From NCBI GenBank assembly GCA_963749495.1, contig CAVVMW010000023.1:480001-544000 (forward strand): 64,000 nucleotides of DNA, read 5' to 3'. Below are positions 57,667 to 64,000 of the stretch, one piece after another. Positions within the stretch are counted from its first letter, which is position 1, and the number at the start of each line of letters is the position of its first letter. The translations under genes were made by a program, and so were the position numbers. The notes under the pieces are model-generated. The model was not told the DNA's origin, ran no database searches, and worked only from the letters and a program-made list of their open reading frames with translations. The DNA is from an uncultured bacterium (GTDB lineage: Bacteria; Verrucomicrobiota; Verrucomicrobiia; Limisphaerales; UBA8199).

Positions 57667-58698
57667 GGTCTTCCTCCGCGATGAGGGCGCCGGCGGCCAC
57701 CGGGCGCCGCAATGTGCGGCCCAGGAGTTGCGGCAGCCGCTCGGGGGGCAACCCGCTTCCCGGTTTGCGCAAGCACAGATGCTCTTGCCGGAGGCGTGTG
57801 CCGGCCGGCAGGTCCGTGGCGGCCAGGATGCTCTTGGTGAACAGGCTGCGCATGGGCGCCAACTCCTGCGCCTGGAGGTCTTTATCGAGCGGGTGTTCCA
57901 GGGCGGCCCGGATGAACCGCACCCCTGCGGCCAGTTGGCCCAGCTCGGCCGTGGTCAGGGAAACCGCCGCATCCGGGCCGAAGGCCTCGCGGCTCAAGGT
58001 CACATGGACCTCGATGAGGTCGGCGCCCAGAGCGGCGGCGGCAAGGCCGGCATGGATAGTGCCCGAGTGGTCCGAGAGCCCCGTCTTGCAGCCGTAGCGC
58101 CCCTTGATGGCGGCCAGCAGGTTCAGACCCAGCTTCTCCGGCGGCGCCGGATACACCGAGGTGCATTGCAGCACGGTCAAATCGAGCCCGGCGCCCTGCA
58201 CACGCTTAACGGCGCCATCCAGTTCCGCCCAAGGACTCATCCCGCTGGAGAGGATCATCGGGCGGCCCGCCGCCAGCATCCGCTCCAACATCGGGATGTG
58301 CGACAGTTCGCCCGAGGCCACCTTCCACGCGGCCACGCCCACGCGCTCCAGCAACTCGACGGCCTCGATTGAAAAAGGCGTACTCAGGAAGAGCAACCGG
58401 CGGTCCTGCGCGTGCCGCTTCAGCCCGTGCCACTGGGCCTCGGTGAACTCCATCCGCTTCCAGGTACCTGGAAACGAGTCTCGTCCTGCCAACGGAACTT
58501 AACCCGCCAGGGCTCGGACGCCGAGCTCTCGGCCGCGGCGATGTGGGTTTGGAATTTGACCGCGTCGGCCCCGGCGTTGGCGATGGCATCAATGAAGGCA
58601 TGGGCCATGCCCAGCGAACCGTCGTGGGCCTGGGCGACTTCCCCAACGACCAGGCAGCGGCCGGGGGCAGCGAGCGGGGAACAAACCGGGGAGCTCAT
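57659..58698 (-). CDS. neuB: N-acetylneuraminate synthase family protein with C-terminal AFL/SAF domain, frameshift near 58465
   Basis: EVAQAHDGSL, ADAVKFQTH, STPFS, QCTSVYP, GLSDHS, IEVHVT. Confidence 0.9.
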
Positions 58699-58707
58699 GA
58701 AGCTGCT

Positions 58708-60393
58708 CTAATGTCCCTTATGTCCCTTGTGTCGCTTATGTCCCTTTTGTCCCTTAAGCGGCACAAGGGACACAAGGGACAAAGGGGACATAAGGGACGC
58801 AGAATGGTTGCCAGGGGTGCTGGTCAAGGGTTTGGGTTCTTCGATAACGATCCACTCGGGCAGGAGCCTTCGGAGTTGGGCTTCGGCCGCTTCCGGGCCT
58901 GGGCAACCCATGACAACGACCTCGAGGGTCTGCTGGCCCAGCCACCGCCGGCCCTTGAGCACCGATTGGAGCCGGTCTGCCGCTTTGGAGGCGCCCATCC
59001 CGGCCTGCTTGTCCGCGCCGTCTTCCCATTGACAGAAGAAGACATACAGGCGCTGCCCCTTGGCCTGGCAAGTGTATTTGCGGAAGGGCAGTTCGAGGCG
59101 GCCGGCCCGGACCCGGACCAGGCTCGAACCGCCCAACTGCTCGAATCCGGCAGCCGGCAGGCAAACTTCCGGCCGGTGCAGCCGGGCATGGATGACTGAC
59201 TGCACGGACCTGGGCTTCCAGCGGAAGAAATTGACCGACCACAACCAACCATCCTCCTCCCGCCAGCGCCCGGTGGCGCAGGCATCGTAGGCGAGCATTC
59301 TGACGGTGCGGGGCGCCAACTCGATCTTCTCGAAAGCCGGCCGGGTATCCGGCAGGCGGACCGACCAGTGGAACAGCCCGGCCTGGTCGATTTGATGGGC
59401 CCGGTACCAGGCCTCCGTCAGCGCGAGGATGCCGATCATCCAGCAGCCCAGCGTGGCAAAATAGCGCCGCGGCATCACCCAATCCGGGGCGCGCCCGGCC
59501 TGTCCGCTGCCGGCGGGAGCCGTGCCGCAATGCGCCCTCCGGCGTCTGCGCGCGAGCAGCCCGGCCGTGGCCCAGAGGCAAAGAAACGAGGCCAGGAAGA
59601 TCGTGAACCCGGCCGTATCGTGCCACTTCCGCAGCGCCTCCAGGCCCGCCGTCGAGGCGCGCCAGGTCAGAGCCAGCGTCCGGACCACGTTGAACAAGAA
59701 CGCCAGCCCGACGCCGCCGGCGATGAACAGCACCCGGACCGGCCAGCCCATCCTGTAGAGTTCGCCCATGAACAACGCACCCATAAGGGTGGACTGAAAG
59801 GAACGAATCCCGCTGCAGGCCTCGTCGATGCCAACCACCCCGGAGCCGACCTGGATCAGGTTGCCCGCCTGCTCGACGGGGATATTCACCCAGTCCAGCG
59901 CTTCCACAGTCAGGGCCGCAACGACCTTCATCAGCCCCTGGGTCAGCCCGTGCTCAATGCGGTAGGGCCAGGGCACCGCCACCAGGATGAAGCAAATCGG
60001 AAATGCAAAGTGAATCACCCAGGCCCGCCCGCCCATCCGGCACACCCCGTAGAGGGTAAGGCCAACGACCGCCAGCGCCGCCATCCACGCCGGCAACGGC
60101 CAGTCGGCGTTGATCTCGTAAACGACGCGGATGGGCAACAGGGCCAGGGCCAGCAGCGCCGCCAGCGCCAACAGCCAAGGCGAGTCCGGCGCCTGCCCGG
60201 GGGCTGGCCGGCTCATCCACCTGCGCCAAAAAAGGCCCAGGCCCAGCACCGGCACAAACCAACCGTAGGCATACTGCTCGCTGGCCGACCATTGAAAACT
60301 GAGCTGCCGAATCAGGTCCAGCCAAACCACCCCAAACAGGGCCACGGGGAGCCAGGCCTTGAGCTTGATTCTGCTTGCGGGAGGATCCACCAA
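58708..60393 (-). CDS. Exosortase with EpsI-like C-terminal region; tail encoded by 9-mer repeats
   Basis: DEACSGIRS (Cys), NVVR (Arg), WHD (His); HRPEVCLPAAG. Confidence 0.88.
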   Translation of the reverse strand: MVDPPASRIKLKAWLPVALFGVVWLDLIRQLSFQWSASEQYAYGWFVPVLGLGLFWRRWMSRPAPGQAPDSPWLLALAALLALALLPIRVVYEINADWPLPAWMAALAVVGLTLYGVCRMGGRAWVIHFAFPICFILVAVPWPYRIEHGLTQGLMKVVAALTVEALDWVNIPVEQAGNLIQVGSGVVGIDEACSGIRSFQSTLMGALFMGELYRMGWPVRVLFIAGGVGLAFLFNVVRTLALTWRASTAGLEALRKWHDTAGFTIFLASFLCLWATAGLLARRRRRAHCGTAPAGSGQAGRAPDWVMPRRYFATLGCWMIGILALTEAWYRAHQIDQAGLFHWSVRLPDTRPAFEKIELAPRTVRMLAYDACATGRWREEDGWLWSVNFFRWKPRSVQSVIHARLHRPEVCLPAAGFEQLGGSSLVRVRAGRLELPFRKYTCQAKGQRLYVFFCQWEDGADKQAGMGASKAADRLQSVLKGRRWLGQQTLEVVVMGCPGPEAAEAQLRRLLPEWIVIEEPKPLTSTPGNHSASLMSPLSLVSLVPLKGQKGHKRHKGHKGH

Positions 60394-60604
60394 AGGGCCG
60401 TCAACGGCGCCGACACTCCGTGCCGGTCAATTCGCACCCGTGCTTTCGCACCGGCCGCGATCTACTCGACATGGGGGGCTGGATTTCTGCCATCGTCACG
60501 CCGCCCCAGGATTCATTGAAGCGAGCGTGTTGCCGACAACCAAGTGCCTGCGAAGCAAATTCCGATCCACCATAGGGTAGTCCGCGTGTCCCGACACTGC
60601 CCTC

Positions 60605-60714
60605 GGAGCGCGCCCGTCCTGGGGCGCAGCGGCGACGGAGCGGACAGGCGCGCCGGAGTGGTTGACCGCTGCCCTGGCTGTGGACGTTGCTGCGCCCGAG
60701 GACGGGCGCACTCC
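60605..60714. repeat. REP-like palindrome
   Basis: GGAGCGCGCCCGTCCTGGGGCGCAGC / GCTGCGCCCGAGGACGGGCGCACTCC. Confidence 0.7.
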
Positions 60715-60769
60715 CATCTCGCCGCAGCCGGTGGGGGCGGCGTCGGGATACACCGTGTGGGAGCAGGCC

Positions 60770-63002
60770 TCAGGTTCGAGCATGGTATTTTGAGTGGGTA
60801 TAATAGTAGTAGGAGCGGGCCCTGGCATCGGTGCGATTGAAGACCAGGCCCAGGATCCTGGCCTGGCGCTGGTAGAGCAAGTCGAGGGCCTCGCGGACCT
60901 GGCTGAAGCGCGAGAAGCCATTGCGCACGACCAGGAGCGTGCCGTCCACCTTGGGGGCGAGGGTGGTGACATCGTCGGCGGCGAACACCGGGCAGGAGTC
61001 GATGAGGACATAATCGAATTGCTCGCGCAAGCGGGCGAGGATCTGGTCCAGGGCGGGGCTCAGGAGCAGGTCGCCCGGGTTCCTCACGTCGCCCCCGCGC
61101 GCCAGGAACGAGAGATTGGGCAGGAGATGGGAGCGGAGCAACTGGGGCTGAGCGGAGTCCGGGGACGCGGGCGGGGCGCTTCGAAGCGGTCCGCCGCTGG
61201 GGGGCGATGCCTCGGACTGGATGGCCCCGGCCAGGGTGTCGGGCTGATGGAGCACCTCGGCCAGCCCCGGCAGCCGTTCCATGCCCAGGGTCTTGTGGAG
61301 GGCGCCGCAGCGCAGGTCCGCGTCCATCAGCAAGACCTGCGCGCCGCCCATGGCCAGGGTGCGGGCGAGGTTGGCGGCGATGGTGGATTTGCCTTCCTCG
61401 GCCGTGGCGCTGGTGATGAGCAGGGTGTGGGGATGCTCCTCCCGAATGGGGGTCAGGAAGAGCAGGGCCGAACGCAGATTGCGGTAGGATTCGGCGTAGG
61501 TCTGGCGTTGGTCCTCGATCTCGAGCAAGGGGATGCGCCCTTCGCCGTAAGCGGAGGCGACCTCCGGCACCTGCCCGACGATCCGTTCCTGGAGCTGCCG
61601 CTTGACCTCGGCCACCGAATTGAACCGGTCGTCCCGCACCGCCACCACAAAGACTATGCCCAGACCCGCGGCCAGGCCGGCCAGGGCCGCCAGCGTCATC
61701 AGGAGAATCTCCTGCCGGTGCGAGCACTGGGCCGGGCAGGCATGCTCCAGAATCGTCAGGGCCTCCTGCTCGACGCTGCTGCCCATCTCGGCCCGGCGCA
61801 GGAGCTGCCGGGTCTGCTCATAAACGGTTTGCGCGCTGTCGGCCTCGCGCTTGAGCTGCTCGGCCTTGGCCAGCAGCCTGCTCGCCGCGGTCACCCTCAG
61901 TTCGCACTTGGAAATCTCCGCCTGCACGTCATCGATCTTCATCTGGTTGGCCTTCAGGAGGGCGGCCTGCTGGTCCTCGTTCTGCTGGCGGAGCACGTCC
62001 ACAAGTCTTTGGGTTTGCTCGATTTGGCTATCCAGCTTGATCATCTTGGGGTGCTTGGGCCGCAGATAGACCGCGAGCCGGGCGCGCTCGCTCTTGAACA
62101 CCTCGAGCTGGCGCTGGGCGTTGAAGCGTTCCTGGGGCGGGATTTGCGTCGCGCCGGGCGTCGTCATGCCGGGCAGGTAGTCGCTCATCCCCATGGCCTG
62201 GTTGGTGAGCAGGCCATGGCTGGCGGCCCGTTCCAGGGCATTCGCCTCCAGTATCTTGCGTTCCAGTTGGTATTCCGAGAGCCGGCTCCTCAAATTGGCC
62301 AGGTGCACACCCGCCCCCTTGGCCTCCTCCTCCAGGACGGCCATCTCATTGGTGCTTTGGAAGGCGTTGAGGGCGCGCTCCTTTTCAATCTTCTCCGTTT
62401 CGTAGCTGCGGACCTGCTTGCTGATCGAGCCCTCGGCCGCCCCGGCGACGCTCTCATGGATGCTGCGCTTGTAGGCGAGGTACTCGTTCATGAGGGCCTC
62501 CAGGAATTGCTGGGTGTATCCGGGCGAGGGGCCCAGCGCGACCAGGTCGAAGACGGTCGATTTGGGGGTTTGGGTCACCTCGATCCTGACCTGGGACGGG
62601 TCGAACCTGGCGGCCAGGCCATTGGTGGCGGCGGACCTGAGGGCCTCTCCGGCCTGGGTGGAGATGTGTGTGCTGCGGAGCAACTCGGCCTCGGTGCCGA
62701 ACCAGCTCTCGGAGCTCCTTGGTGAATCCCACCTCGCCCATGAGCAGCTTTTCGGTCTCCCACATGCGCCCCTTGGAGACATAGACGGGCGGTTGCACCC
62801 AGACGTAGCTTCCCGCCGCCAGCAGGGCCAGCGACAGCGTGAGCAGCGGCACCCAGTAGTACCTGAGCAGGAACAGGAGGAATCGCTCGACAGGGATCGA
62901 AGAGAGGGCCGCGGGTTGCTCCTCGATGCTCATCCACGGCTCGTAGTCCGGCTCAGCCGGGGCCGGCTGCGGGGTCGTGGGCGCAGGCAGATGACTTTTC
63001 AT
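60770..63002 (-). CDS. wzc: Wzc-like polysaccharide co-polymerase / BY-kinase, frameshift near 62715
   Basis: ESYRNLRS, EEGKST, DADLR, IDSCP, C-terminal Tyr cluster SYYYY. Confidence 0.9.
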
Positions 63003-63028
63003 GGCGCGTTCTCCATTGCGGAATGCCC

Positions 63029-63789
63029 CTACCAAACGTGGATTTTCTTCTGAGGACGATGATCAGGTCGCCGGGCTCCAGCGGCAGGTCGCGGTCCGTC
63101 CTGCCATGTTTCAAAATGTCGGCCCCGTTGAGGTCGAAGGTGCGCTCGTTGCCGCCGGGCTGGCTGGGTTTGCGAACGACCGTGAACTTCCGGTCGTTGG
63201 CATACTCGGTGAAGCCGCCCGCGCGCAGTATCGCCTTGCCGGCGGTCAGGACCTCATCACTGGGGATGTCCTGCGGCCCGGGCAAACGCACCGCCCCGGC
63301 CAGATAGACCTTGCCCCGGCTCCGGGTCATGACATCCAGGGCCACAATCACGGTGGCTTGGTAGTAGTATTCCTTCTCCAGCTCCGCCTTGATGGCCAGG
63401 CCCAGCCCTTTGCAGGTCCGATCCACCGCCGGGAACCGCCCGATATAAGGCAACTCCAGTTCCCCGGAGTCGGTCACGATGAGCGGCTTGGATTCCTCCT
63501 CATCCTCGACAATACGGAAGCTCAAGCGGTCGCCGATGGCCAGCTTGTGCTTCTCATCCAGCGCGTCCATGGTGTTGATGAGCGAGGCCTTCAGGAGCTT
63601 CGGCCCCTCAGTGGCCTCGGGGAGCCAGGCGGCGGCGGCGGGCGGCGGCGTGGCCGCGGACGTGGCGTTGGTCGGTTGGACTGGCGGCTGCGCGCCCCGG
63701 CAACAGACCGCCATGGCCAGCCAAACGGCCAGCCAGAGCGGGTTGCGCCAGCCGCCACGCGGTGCAGAGGTTCCCATTTGCGTCTTCAT
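63029..63789 (-). CDS. Polysaccharide export protein (Poly_export + SLBB, Wza-like); true stop probably 63029
   Basis: LAIGDRL, ELPYIG, AGGFT, LEPGDLI; one extra A would give RRKIHVW*. Confidence 0.85.
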
Positions 63790-64000
63790 TTGAACGTATA
63801 GGTCAAGAGCAGCCCGATCTGGTTCTGCGTGTATTCACGAAAGAGGATGTCCGAGTCGCGAAACGTCAGCCGGTAATTGAGGCTCACGCTCAAGTTCCGA
63901 GTGGCCGCCCAGGTGAGACTGCAGTTGGTGCCGTAGAAGTCGTAATTCTCGGCCAGGCCCCCCGGAGGGGCCCCGCCAGGACTGACAAGACCTGGTGCCC
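63786..64000 (-). CDS. Outer-membrane beta-barrel protein, C-terminal part (window edge)
   Basis: Hand translation ...LSVSLNYRLTFRDSD...YTQNQIGLLLTYTFK*; alternating strands with terminal aromatic residue. Confidence 0.65.
   Translation of the reverse strand, partial: APGLVSPGGAPPGGLAENYDFYGTNCSLTWAATRNLSVSLNYRLTFRDSDILFREYTQNQIGLLLTYTFK

Noticed and set aside
57659..58698. neuB (and other frameshifted genes) as true pseudogenes
   Set aside because: Both halves retain all motifs with a single break; more consistent with sequencing error, though unproven without reads.
60794..62725. 643-aa plus-strand ORF
   Set aside because: Antisense shadow of wzc.
1..64000. tRNA, rRNA or known riboswitch
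   Set aside because: None recognised by eye; a covariance-model scan was not possible.

Overview
High-GC bacterial DNA, most likely Verrucomicrobiota (inferred from prepilin-type H-X9-DG proteins, a Verrucomicrobia-style ECF sigma fragment, an exosortase and C-terminal F/YYR domains). The left third (1-21.6 kb) holds housekeeping and accessory genes: an ABC exporter operon, cstA, an M20 amidohydrolase, HigBA, two GNATs, uxaC, an FG-GAP protein and a two-component pair. It also holds a decayed mobile/defence islet whose only intact gene is a DUF3800-like gene preceded by a promoter and a compact structured leader RNA. From about 21.6 kb to the right edge runs a large minus-strand surface-glycan locus: OM barrel, Wza- and Wzc-like proteins, exosortase, neuBCA, asnB, Wzm/Wzt, Wzy-like protein, many GTs, wecB, CapK-like, DegT, initiating transferase, CapD/PglF and a TPR protein. 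The locus is interrupted by an ISKra4-type IS with a 9-bp target duplication, by toxin-antitoxin/defence remnants and by many short palindromic repeats. These repeats are MITE-like elements abutting stop codons, REP-like hairpins, and 7- and 9-mer microsatellite hairpins, some translated inside proteins. About a dozen small frameshifts look like long-read errors. I found no rRNA, tRNA or CRISPR array. All family calls come from motif recognition; no database search was run.
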